A DNA stretch of 64,000 nucleotides from an uncultured Gammaproteobacteria bacterium (GTDB lineage Bacteria; Patescibacteriota; Microgenomatia; Woykebacterales; RBG-16-39-9b), in assembly GCA_964360785.1 (NCBI GenBank), contig CAYHXX010000001.1, positions 412,264 to 476,263 of the forward strand, written 5' to 3'. Made by a program: the position numbers and the translations under genes. The notes below the pieces were generated by a model. The model did not search any database. It saw only the letters and a program-made list of their open reading frames with translations, and was not told the origin of the DNA. Shown one piece after another: positions 29,181-37,742 of the stretch (the stretch's first letter is position 1; every line of letters begins with the position of its first letter).

Positions 29181-29558
29181 TTATAACCTGCTTGTGGCTA
29201 CTGATCTCAATTTATCTAGAGCTCTTTTCTCTATCCGACGCACGGTTGTCGACGAACAACCCATCTCCTGGCCAGTTTTTTCTTGAGTTCTCGGCTGTCC
29301 ATCTTTGATCCCAAAGCGAAACTCGATTACTCGTCTTTCCCTTTCATCCAAGGCCTCAAGTGATGATCTTGATCTTTCTTGAGGCAGAGACCTTCGTGAA
29401 TACTCTTGACGTATTTTTTCAACATCCTCTGGTTTTCTTGATCTGAGTTCCACTAGCGGTGGGTAGCCTCCAAATATTTGCCACAACAGCCGTTCCTCCA
29501 CTATGGTCTTGTCCTTAACCTCTTGCCAATCGACCTCGGAATACGGCATTACCTTCAT
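29181..29558 (-). CDS. Stand-alone sigma-70 region 4 domain protein
   Basis: LDERERRVIEFRFGI.DG..RT......MG.S...VRRIEKRAL.KLR; start set at MKVMPY behind AGGAG SD. Confidence 0.8.
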   Translation of the reverse strand: MKVMPYSEVDWQEVKDKTIVEERLLWQIFGGYPPLVELRSRKPEDVEKIRQEYSRRSLPQERSRSSLEALDERERRVIEFRFGIKDGQPRTQEKTGQEMGCSSTTVRRIEKRALDKLRSVATSRL

Positions 29559-29577
29559 CGCTACTCCTTTCCCGGCG

Positions 29578-29606
29578 ATTATAGTTTTGGTCAGATTTCT
29601 AGTCAA
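29578..29606 (-). promoter_or_regulatory. Near-consensus sigma-70 promoter for the sigma-4 gene
   Basis: TTGACT-N17-TATAAT. Confidence 0.7.
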
Positions 29607-29637
29607 GTAACTAGACTTTAGTGTTAAACTGTTATCT

Positions 29638-30465
29638 ATGGCTTTCAACCCGAACACAATCTGGATATCACATACCTCTTTGAATGATTTTGACAAGTGC
29701 AGACAGCTTTATTATCTGCGCAATCTCTACCGCGATAAGAAATATGGTAATAATTTTCGCTTGCAGGTGGCTTCTCCTTTTCTGTCTTTAGGCGAAGCTG
29801 TTCATGATGCGATCGATCATTTTACTGAGCGTTATGAACCAGAACAAAGAAATATTGATCGGTTGATGTATGAATACAAAAGAGGTTGGAGTTTAAAACC
29901 AGGGAAAATTGGTGGTTTTAAAGATGAGGGTCAGGAAAAAGAATTCAAAGAACGCGGTGAAACCATGCTTGAGAGATTTATGAAAAACACTTATTTCTCC
30001 AAAGGTAATCCGATCAGAGTAAGTTTTCCCAAACTACCCTTAGTTGGTGAAGATGATGTTGTCTTGGTCGGTAACTTTGATTGGTTGGAAAAAACTCCAG
30101 AGGGTTTACATATTCTCGATTTTAAAACTGGAAAGGAAGAGGCTGAAGATTCCCTGCAACTCCCGATCTATACCATTCTTGCTAAACACGTTTTGAAAGA
30201 ACCGGTTGCTAAGGTAAGTTACTGGTACCTAGATCGTGACGACGATCCGATCGAAGCTAAAATTCCTGATTTAAGTAAAACTTTAGAGACGGTCAAAGAA
30301 AAGGCTGCCAAAATGGAGGACGCGATAAAATTCCAAGACTTCCCATGTCAGGCAGAAATCGGTTACTGCAAGCACTGTCACGAATATCACAAAGCGAGCA
30401 ACGATCAAGCTGAACATGTCCAAACCGACTTTAAACGCAAACGAGAAGTATTTTTCCTAGATTAA
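29638..30465 (+). CDS. PD-(D/E)XK nuclease, Cas4/AddB-like with probable Fe-S Cys set
   Basis: S.T.L..F..C, G..VH, GNFDWL..ILDFKTG, QL.IY, C-terminal C..CxxC. Confidence 0.85.
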   Translation: MAFNPNTIWISHTSLNDFDKCRQLYYLRNLYRDKKYGNNFRLQVASPFLSLGEAVHDAIDHFTERYEPEQRNIDRLMYEYKRGWSLKPGKIGGFKDEGQEKEFKERGETMLERFMKNTYFSKGNPIRVSFPKLPLVGEDDVVLVGNFDWLEKTPEGLHILDFKTGKEEAEDSLQLPIYTILAKHVLKEPVAKVSYWYLDRDDDPIEAKIPDLSKTLETVKEKAAKMEDAIKFQDFPCQAEIGYCKHCHEYHKASNDQAEHVQTDFKRKREVFFLD

Positions 30466-30483
30466 TCATTGAACCTATAGCAC

Positions 30484-30512
30484 TTGACACTAGTTTTCAC
30501 CTTTGTTATAAT
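30484..30512 (+). promoter_or_regulatory. Perfect consensus sigma-70 promoter
   Basis: TTGACA-N17-TATAAT with TG extended -10. Confidence 0.85.
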
Positions 30513-30646
30513 TTCTCCCTGTTCCAACGGCATCTAGTATTTGGACAAAACTTTTTGTTTTATCTAGCTACCAGATGCCTTTTGGTGTCCGGCATGGTTG
30601 TGAGCCCGAACAACTGTGAATGAAAAGGGCAAGGAGAAACAGTCGG

Positions 30647-30991
30647 ATGACAACAGAGGTACGGAAGATGCTCGAGACGGTGAGCCCGGACTGGGTGAGG
30701 GCGAACTTCGACGCGCTGAAGCGCGGCGGCCATGTGCTAGCCGGCACGCCACGGATGGGAGGCGACCTGATCCTGCTCAAGCCCGTTGACGCGGACGGCA
30801 CATGCTTCGAGGCGGTCAACGTCGGCCGCATCTGCGAGGAACCGACCACCGACGACGGCGTCCTGTTCGGCATCGCGACCGAGCTGTTCCCGACGGAGCC
30901 GACGGGGAACAACGGTTCGAGCGAGGTCAGGCGCAAGAAGATCCACGTCCAGCTCGCCGACGGCATCGCTGCCAACCGCTCGCGCAGGTAA
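30647..30991 (+). CDS. Hypothetical protein, about 69% GC (foreign composition)
   Basis: AAGGAG SD before ATG 30647; third codon positions almost all G/C in this frame. Confidence 0.7.
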   Translation: MTTEVRKMLETVSPDWVRANFDALKRGGHVLAGTPRMGGDLILLKPVDADGTCFEAVNVGRICEEPTTDDGVLFGIATELFPTEPTGNNGSSEVRRKKIHVQLADGIAANRSRR

Positions 30992-31140
30992 CCTCACAGC
31001 TCCCGGCGCCGCGAACAGTTTGCATGGTGGTAAGGCAACTTAGGTAAAAGCTATCCACCCACTTCGGCCGTTAACCCTCTCACCCCTTGGGAGAGTTAAC
31101 GGCCGCCATCTTGAGCAAACAAAATTTGTTGGCTGAAGAG

Positions 31141-31175
31141 GAGAAACGACTTTTCGTATGAAGTCGTTTTTCTTT
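31141..31175 (+). terminator. Intrinsic terminator
   Basis: AAACGACTT-loop-AAGTCGTTT-TTCTTT. Confidence 0.75.
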
Positions 31176-31198
31176 GGCAAAAATTGATAGAATAAGGT

Positions 31199-31771
31199 AT
31201 GGTCTTTAAATCAAAATTTATTTTACTTCGCCATAACGAACCGAAATCTTTTCCTGGTCCATGGATCCAACCTCACAATAACCCGCTGAGCCAGAATGGA
31301 ATCGAGCAAGCAAATTTAATTTCCAAAACTTTAGAAGATGAGAAAATTAGTGCTATTTATTCCTCTCCATTTGCACGATCCTTGCAAACCGCAGATATAA
31401 TCGGCAAGAATCTAAATTTAGAAGTTATAATAAAAGAAGATTTAAAAGAAAGAGCCCAGGGTGATTTGGAAAACCAATCCTTTTCCGAAGAAAAAATAAA
31501 CAATCTTTGGGAAGAGTTTGAAAAATTTAAATCTCTGTCTCTAGAAGAGCAGTGGGTTTCAAGACCGTTTCCAGGTTTTGAAACCGACGCAGAGTTGCTA
31601 AAAAGAGCCTTAAATTGTTTAGCGGAAATTTCCCAAGAAAATATTAACAAATTAATTTTACTTGTAACTCATGCGGGTTTAATAAAAGTACTCTTGATTC
31701 ATTTCGGTATTATCTCTTTGAAAAACCGGGACGATTTTAAAATTAAATTTAATGATATTTTTGAAATCTGA
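31199..31771 (+). CDS. Histidine phosphatase family protein
   Basis: LLRH, PLS..G.EQA, YSSP..RS.QTA, LKER, VTHAG. Confidence 0.88.
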   Translation: MVFKSKFILLRHNEPKSFPGPWIQPHNNPLSQNGIEQANLISKTLEDEKISAIYSSPFARSLQTADIIGKNLNLEVIIKEDLKERAQGDLENQSFSEEKINNLWEEFEKFKSLSLEEQWVSRPFPGFETDAELLKRALNCLAEISQENINKLILLVTHAGLIKVLLIHFGIISLKNRDDFKIKFNDIFEI

Positions 31772-31782
31772 GACACTTGTTT

Positions 31783-32088
31783 ATGGCAGATTACATTGTC
31801 GGAAGTAGAAAACCAAAACCAGGTGAAAAAGTTTTTGTAATTCAGAAAGTGGATTATGGAACTGAAGATTATGCGGAAGGTGTAGTTAAAGATGTTTTAA
31901 CGTCAAGGCCGGAACATCCCAGAGGACACAAAGTTCGGCTAACTAATGGAGTAATCGGCAGAGTCCAAAAATTTTCTGATCAAGGAGAGGTGACTCCCAG
32001 ACAACCAAAATACGAGAATAGAAACTTAAATGAACCAGAACAAATATTACCGAGTATTCTACCCACCGACCCTGACGACCTAATCTAG
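31783..32088 (+). CDS. YwbE family protein
   Basis: KPG..V...QK.D......EG.VKDVLTS...HPRG.KVRL..G.IGRVQ. Confidence 0.85.
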   Translation: MADYIVGSRKPKPGEKVFVIQKVDYGTEDYAEGVVKDVLTSRPEHPRGHKVRLTNGVIGRVQKFSDQGEVTPRQPKYENRNLNEPEQILPSILPTDPDDLI

Positions 32089-32096
32089 TTTTAGAA

Positions 32097-32279
32097 AATC
32101 TAACCGCCGTTGCGAGCATTCCGTTAAGTGAGGCTTAAAAAAGCGAGATATTAAGTCGGACGTGTTTGACTCCGATTTATCGGAGGAGTTGTCGACGTAT
32201 ACGAGCGGCTTAAGCCGAATAGGAAGCGTAGTCAGGCGGCAATTTGGTGTTACCTTTGTTGCCAAAGGTAACAAAAACT
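32097..32279. ncRNA. Structured intergenic element (ncRNA or dispersed repeat)
   Basis: Nested pairings CCGCC/GGCGG, TTCC/GGAA, GGCTTAA/TTAAGCC, CTCCGAT/ATCGGAG, plus hairpin GTTACCTTTG/CAAAGGTAAC. Confidence 0.5.
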
Positions 32280-32555
32280 TTATTTACGAACACTCTTCTT
32301 AATACTTTTGGCAGCAATAAACCCAACTGTGTTCATCTGTGGTAGTTGCAAACTTTGTCCTGTTTTTGGATTACGGCCTGTTCTAGCCTTTCGACCTCGG
32401 ATCACAAAGGTACCAAATCCAGAAATTACTACTTTATCTCCCTTTCTCAATGTTTCAATAATTGAGTCAAAGGTAGCATCAACAGCTTCTTTTGCAGCTT
32501 TACGAGTCAATCTTACATCTTTAGCTACTTTTTCGATTATGTCAGCTTTTAACAA
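32280..32555 (-). CDS. hup: HU family DNA-binding protein
   Basis: GFGTF..R.RKARTGRNPKTG; GGAGGTGA SD with TTG start. Confidence 0.93.
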   Translation of the reverse strand: MLKADIIEKVAKDVRLTRKAAKEAVDATFDSIIETLRKGDKVVISGFGTFVIRGRKARTGRNPKTGQSLQLPQMNTVGFIAAKSIKKSVRK

Positions 32556-32570
32556 AAAATTTCACCTCCT

Positions 32571-33359
32571 TTAAGGTAATGTTTTATCGATTCTCTTAAT
32601 ACTCTTGGCCTTCATTTTTGTCCCAGTTTCTATCAAAACCGAGCGGAAAAGTCTGGGACCTGTCTCAACCCATTCAAACTTAACTGGTTCAGTATCTTTC
32701 TGTTTACGGATGATGATTTCCGGAACAACTCCCAAAACTGAGTTTTGTGCCCCACACATTCCGACATCAGTAACAAAAGCTGTCCCAGCTGGCAGTAACC
32801 AAGTATCAGCTGTGGGGATATGAGTATGTGTTCCACAAACAGCTGTCACTCTACCGTCAAGAAACCAGGCAAGAGCGTTTTTTTCCGAAGTAGCTTCAGC
32901 GTGAAAATCGACGAAAATAAACTCTGGTTTTTCTTTGTTTACTTGATCGTTAAGTATTTGATCAATGGTGCGATACGGCTCATCAACAGGCTGGTCAATC
33001 CATTGTCGCCCGAGAAGATTAATGACCATTACTTTCTTGGTTTTTACCTTGGCAATTGTGAATCCAAAACCAGGGCTGTCTGAGGGATAGTTGGCTGGAC
33101 GAATTACAGTAGGATCATTATCTAGAGTTTCAGCAAATTCTGGTTTGAACCAAATATGATTTCCACTGGTAAAAATATCAACGCCGTACCCACGTAATTC
33201 ATCGACCTTGTCAGCAGTTGCACCTTTGCCATGGGAAAGATTTTCGATATTGGCAATCACCAAGTCAATTTTTTCTTTCTTGATCAATTCAGGTAAGACA
33301 GCGCCAACTGCCTTCCGTCCTTGCTTTGCAACGATGTCACCAATCATTAGTATTTTCAT
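32571..33359 (-). CDS. ymdB: YmdB-type metallophosphoesterase
   Basis: IGDIV, NIEN, TSGNH, RPAN, DFHAEATSEK, GTHTH; follows rny. Confidence 0.9.
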   Translation of the reverse strand: MKILMIGDIVAKQGRKAVGAVLPELIKKEKIDLVIANIENLSHGKGATADKVDELRGYGVDIFTSGNHIWFKPEFAETLDNDPTVIRPANYPSDSPGFGFTIAKVKTKKVMVINLLGRQWIDQPVDEPYRTIDQILNDQVNKEKPEFIFVDFHAEATSEKNALAWFLDGRVTAVCGTHTHIPTADTWLLPAGTAFVTDVGMCGAQNSVLGVVPEIIIRKQKDTEPVKFEWVETGPRLFRSVLIETGTKMKAKSIKRIDKTLP

Positions 33360-33374
33360 TTTTGTCTTCAACAA

Positions 33375-33430
33375 ATATCGTGCGCAAATAATATTTTTTT
33401 AACTTTTCAAAGTTTCAATTAGCACGATAT
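33375..33430 (-). repeat. Intergenic stem-loop motif, copy 1
   Basis: ATATCGTGC...GCACGATAT arms around an A-rich loop; similar copies at 53513 and 60662. Confidence 0.75.
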
Positions 33431-33441
33431 AAACCGACAAA

Positions 33442-34941
33442 TCACTTCGCCAAGGATTCTGCCCTAGTTTCCCGCATCACCGTTACTTTCACGGTACCCG
33501 GATAAGTCAGTGTGTCATGAATCTTAGTCGCGATATCGTTTGCTAGAATAGTCAAATCATTATCTCCCATTTGCTCTGGGTATACAATAACTCTTACCTC
33601 CCGCCCAGCCGCAATTGCGAAGGACTTGTCGACTCCTTTGAAGGAGCTGGCCACGTTTTCAAGCTCCGTAATTCTTTTTATATAATCTTGAACTTCTTCG
33701 TGTCGAGCTCCTGGTCTACTCCCAGAAATAGCATCGGCAATATAGACGATGATACTTTCAACAGAAGAAAATGGCTTATCTTCGTGATGCTCGGCCACTG
33801 CATTAACCACTCTTTGGTCAATGTTGAACTTCTTCAAATATTCTACTCCAAGCTCAACGTGAGAACCCTCTTGTTCTCCGGTAAAAACTTTTCCAATATC
33901 ATGGAACAAACAACCGAGTCGAACTATATTGGCATCCGCGCCAACTGTTTTTGCCACGGCAACCGCAATCTTTGTTTCCTCTAGTGTGTGAAGGAACAAG
34001 CTTTGGCCGTAGGAATAGCGCCATTTAAATCTTCCGAGGGTGTCGACTAGTTCTCCTGGAAGGTTGTGAACTCCAGCCATACTACAAAGTTTTTCTCCTT
34101 CTTCACGACGAATTTTCTCAAAATCTTTTTGCACCCGATCCACCACTTCTTCTATTCGTGTTGGTTGTATTCGGCCATCAGCCATCAATCTCTCAAGAGC
34201 AATCTTGGCTACTTCCCGTCTTTCCCCATCAAAACATGACAATCGAATTGTTCCTGGAGTATCATCCAGATCCACATCTACACCAGTGGCCATCTCAAAA
34301 GCTTTGATGTTGCGACCTTCTCTACCGATAATACGACCTTTCATATCATCATCTGGCAACCGCACAATCGAAGTTGTGTACTCGGGCACGTAGTCAGTTG
34401 CACCCGCCCGCATAGCATCGACCAGAATACCTTTGGCTTTTTCATCAGCCTCTCGTTTGATTTGCTCTTCGGCTTCGCGAATTCTTCTGGAAACCTCATC
34501 CTTTAGCTTGCTTTCGGTAGCATCAATGATCAGCTTTTTAGCTTCCTCACGAGTAATAGATGCAACTTTTTCTAATTTAGTTGCTAGCTCTGTACGAGTT
34601 TTCTCCAGATCTGCCTCTTTGCTCTTTAAACCCTCCTCCTTGTTCTCAAGATCACCAAGCTTTTTGTCGAGGTTTTCCTCTTTAGCAGCTAATCTTGCCT
34701 CAAGCTGCAACACTTCTGAACGGACTTTGCTTGATTCCACTTCTGCTTCACGTTTTATTTTCAAGGCTTCATTTTTGGCATCGAGAATTATTTCCCGAGA
34801 ATCTGCTGATTCGGAAACTTCTCCTATTTTCTCAATTGGCTTTTTATTCTTTTGGGATTTAGCTACAAATTTCTGGTAACCGAAATATCCTGCGCCACCT
34901 GCCAACAGGATTGCTATAACTGCTATTGATATTGGATCCAT
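33442..34941 (-). CDS. rny: Ribonuclease Y
   Basis: TM, coiled coil, KH MKGRIIGREGRNI, HD domain HDIGK, ADAISG.RPGAR. Confidence 0.96.
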   Translation of the reverse strand: MDPISIAVIAILLAGGAGYFGYQKFVAKSQKNKKPIEKIGEVSESADSREIILDAKNEALKIKREAEVESSKVRSEVLQLEARLAAKEENLDKKLGDLENKEEGLKSKEADLEKTRTELATKLEKVASITREEAKKLIIDATESKLKDEVSRRIREAEEQIKREADEKAKGILVDAMRAGATDYVPEYTTSIVRLPDDDMKGRIIGREGRNIKAFEMATGVDVDLDDTPGTIRLSCFDGERREVAKIALERLMADGRIQPTRIEEVVDRVQKDFEKIRREEGEKLCSMAGVHNLPGELVDTLGRFKWRYSYGQSLFLHTLEETKIAVAVAKTVGADANIVRLGCLFHDIGKVFTGEQEGSHVELGVEYLKKFNIDQRVVNAVAEHHEDKPFSSVESIIVYIADAISGSRPGARHEEVQDYIKRITELENVASSFKGVDKSFAIAAGREVRVIVYPEQMGDNDLTILANDIATKIHDTLTYPGTVKVTVMRETRAESLAK

Positions 34942-35052
34942 AATTTTTCTTCGCTTTCATAAAACTTTCTTAAGGTTTATATCACTCAAAGAGAGATATT
35001 GGTAAATAGATTGATACAACAAGAACTTTTACTAAAAAGTAACACAGCCAGT

Positions 35053-35712
35053 TTACTCTTTTTCAGAGAGTGTGTCAACGGCCTTTTTGACAATTTCCCA
35101 GTCAAACCCTTTTGCGGCCAGAAAGCGAGTCATCTTCTCGCGAAATATTTTCTGGTCATATTTTTGATAATTTCTTTCTTTTTTTCTACCTGCTTCCAAA
35201 GCCAATTCCAGAGGATTTATAGAAACTTCTGAAAAAATCTGGTCTATTAATTCTTTTTTTATTCCTTTTTTCAGTAATTCTGACTTTAATATTCTTGGCG
35301 AAGTTTTCTTGAAACGGGTTCTTTGTTCCACCCACCAGTGTGCAAATTCTGAGTCGTCAATTTGTCCTATATTTGTTAGTTTCTTGACTACTTCTTCAAT
35401 TGAAGCTTCAAAATTCTTTTTTTCCTCTTCCCCTTTGTCAGTTTTCCAAAGTTTCTGCAATAAATTGTCTTTTATCTCTTTTTCCGATCGTGGTCTATAG
35501 GAAAGGAACTTGATTGCCTTTTCGTAAAGTCTTTCAACTTGATCGTCAAAAATTAACCTCTGGGTTTTTTCCTCGTTCAACTCGTCATTAATTCTTAATT
35601 TATTAATGATTTTTGATTCCAGCGAAATACCAAATGCAAACTCGCCATCGATAAAAATGTTAACCCTCTTTGGGTTCTTTTTTTGAGGTTCGATATTGGT
35701 AATCTGGTTCAT
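35053..35712 (-). CDS. recX: Regulatory protein RecX
   Basis: FLSYRPRSEKEI, IDD.EFA, L..KGF; downstream of recA. Confidence 0.9.
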   Translation of the reverse strand: MNQITNIEPQKKNPKRVNIFIDGEFAFGISLESKIINKLRINDELNEEKTQRLIFDDQVERLYEKAIKFLSYRPRSEKEIKDNLLQKLWKTDKGEEEKKNFEASIEEVVKKLTNIGQIDDSEFAHWWVEQRTRFKKTSPRILKSELLKKGIKKELIDQIFSEVSINPLELALEAGRKKERNYQKYDQKIFREKMTRFLAAKGFDWEIVKKAVDTLSEKE

Positions 35713-35770
35713 GAAATTAATTATAGCGGAGAAATTACACGCTCGAGTTTTTTTACTGCGGGGGTAAAAA

Positions 35771-36820
35771 TTACTTCTCTTCTTCCTCTTCGGTATCTTC
35801 AGAAGCTTCCTTCATATCCATTGGAGCACCACCTTTGGCAAAAGCATCTTTGACTTTTTTCTCGACTTCGGCAAAGACTTTGGGATTATCCTGCAAGTAG
35901 CCCTTGGCTGCTTCGCGGCCCTGAGCGATATTTTGGCCCCCGTATTGGAACCAAGCCCCACTTTTATTAACAACCCCGGTCTCAACAGCAGCGTCAAGCA
36001 AGGACCCTTCTGAAGAGATTCCCCGATCAAACATGATGTCAAACTCCACAGTTCGAAAAGGCGGTGCAACTTTATTTTTGACCACCTTAACTTTCACACG
36101 AGAGCCAACTGTGACTTGGCCTTCGGTAATTGCTTCGACACGGCGAACATCGAGCCGAACAGAGGAGTAAAACTTCAAAGCTCTCCCACCAGGAGTAACT
36201 TCGGGATTTCCAAACATGATCCCAACTTTTTCGCGCAATTGATTGATGAAAATAACTAAAGTGTGAGATTTTGAAATTGCCGAAGCTAATTTTCGCATTG
36301 CCTGACTCATTAATCGAGCTTGGAGACCAATGAAAGAGTCTCCCATTTCACCTTCAACTTCAGCTCTAGGGACAAGAGCGGCAACAGAGTCAACAACGAT
36401 AACATCAACAGCACCGGATCGGACTAGAGTCTCGACGATTTCGAGCGCCTGCTCCCCAGTGTCAGGTTGGGAGATCAAAAGTTCTTTGATATCGACACCA
36501 ATACTAGCAGCCCGAGCCGGATCAAGAGCGTGCTCAGCATCAACAAAAGCAGCAATCCCACCTTTTTTCTGTCCTTCCTTAACGACGTGCAGTGCAAGTG
36601 TAGTTTTTCCACCACCTTCTGGACCAAAGATTTCGATAATTCGCCCTTTTGGTAAGCCACCAACACCCAGAGCCAGATCTAGCCCCATCACTCCAGTCGA
36701 AATAACATCTACATCAAGCTTGCCAGCGTTTTCACCAAGCTTCATGATCGAACCTTTTCCAAACTGTTTCTCGATCTGACCCATTGCGGCTTTGATGGCT
36801 TCTAGTTTTTGGTTTTCCAC
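35771..36820 (-). CDS. recA: Recombinase A
   Basis: [32 protein letters not shown]. Confidence 0.98.
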   Translation of the reverse strand: MENQKLEAIKAAMGQIEKQFGKGSIMKLGENAGKLDVDVISTGVMGLDLALGVGGLPKGRIIEIFGPEGGGKTTLALHVVKEGQKKGGIAAFVDAEHALDPARAASIGVDIKELLISQPDTGEQALEIVETLVRSGAVDVIVVDSVAALVPRAEVEGEMGDSFIGLQARLMSQAMRKLASAISKSHTLVIFINQLREKVGIMFGNPEVTPGGRALKFYSSVRLDVRRVEAITEGQVTVGSRVKVKVVKNKVAPPFRTVEFDIMFDRGISSEGSLLDAAVETGVVNKSGAWFQYGGQNIAQGREAAKGYLQDNPKVFAEVEKKVKDAFAKGGAPMDMKEASEDTEEEEEK

Positions 36821-36973
36821 GTAAATTCCTTTCTGAACTAAGAATGTTTAATTAGTTAAAAAGTAGCACAAAAACAATTACTATACAACGATCTCTAAAT
36901 AGAACAAACTGTTCCTTATTACCCAAAGCATATAACTATTGACTGTGTGTATGATGTGGTGTAATGTTAACAT

Positions 36974-37213
36974 ATGAAAAAATCAAATTTCGAACGCATA
37001 AACATAATCTTTCCTAAAGAAGTGGCTGAAAAATTGAGAAAAATCCCTTCCGGCAGCCGCAGCAACTTAGTTGTTGGCGCTACAGAAAAAGCTTTACAGG
37101 AAAAAAGTAAGGCCGGAATTTACGAAAGACTCTTGGAACTTAGAAGGAACCAAAAACCTCTCCCTCCTGGAACTATTGTTAAATGGGTGAGAGAGGATAG
37201 AAACAGCCACTAA
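36974..37213 (+). CDS. RHH-type antitoxin (VapB-like)
   Basis: RINIIFP..V...L....SRS..V pattern; upstream of PIN gene. Confidence 0.75.
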   Translation: MKKSNFERINIIFPKEVAEKLRKIPSGSRSNLVVGATEKALQEKSKAGIYERLLELRRNQKPLPPGTIVKWVREDRNSH

Positions 37214-37226
37214 TTACCCCTTGCGA

Positions 37227-37640
37227 ATGAAACTCGTTATTGATGCCTCGGTAATACTCAAGATAACTCTTGTTGAAAACGAAGAAGATCAACAAATAGC
37301 ATTAGCTATTCTTAAACTTTTTCAAGATGGAGAGATCGACATTGTCTTGCCAAGTTTTTGGTTGTTTGAGGTTGGAAACACTTTGATTAGGAAAAATGTT
37401 GATTTTGAAGAACTTTACTCCTATCTGCTTGAAATCGGATTCCGACAGCATAATTTTAGCAAAGCAGAACTAATCGAGATTGGCACTTTTGCAAAAACTT
37501 TTAACGTTTCATTCTATGATGCATCGTACCACGTACTTGCAAAGTTAATAAACTATACTTTTGTAACCGCAGACGAAAAGTATTTTGAAAAAACAAAAAA
37601 AACTGGCAATATCGCTTTGTTAAAGAATTTAAAAATTTAA
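37227..37640 (+). CDS. vapC: PIN-domain toxin, VapC family
   Basis: LVIDASV, EVGN, SFYDASY, FVTAD. Confidence 0.88.
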   Translation: MKLVIDASVILKITLVENEEDQQIALAILKLFQDGEIDIVLPSFWLFEVGNTLIRKNVDFEELYSYLLEIGFRQHNFSKAELIEIGTFAKTFNVSFYDASYHVLAKLINYTFVTADEKYFEKTKKTGNIALLKNLKI

Positions 37641-37647
37641 GCACCTA

Positions 37648-37722
37648 CGGGGTGTAGTTCAGTGGTAGAACGCAGGGCTGGGGGTCCTGATGTCGGAGGT
37701 TCAATTCCTCTCACCCCGACCA
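37648..37722 (+). tRNA. tRNA-Pro(GGG)
   Basis: Acceptor CGGGGTG/CACCCCG-A-CCA, D-loop AGTGGTA, anticodon loop CTGGGGG, T-loop GTTCAAT. Confidence 0.93.
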
Positions 37723-37742
37723 AGGTTTCTGAGGCTAATCAC

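Noticed and set aside
29638-30465. Cas4-like gene as evidence of a CRISPR-Cas locus
   Set aside because: No repeat-spacer array, cas1 or cas2 seen in the window
30564-31047. Alternative overlapping ORFs in the high-GC patch
   Set aside because: High GC suppresses stop codons; only the + frame from 30647 has a promoter, SD and GC3 bias
32080-32274. 64-aa minus-strand ORF after HU
   Set aside because: TTG start inside a hairpin, no motifs; region better explained as structured RNA/DNA
34942-35052. 6S RNA or fourth stem-loop copy upstream of rny
   Set aside because: Only 110 nt; has a short AUAUC..GAUAU hairpin but lacks the CG(U/A)GC arms and large loop
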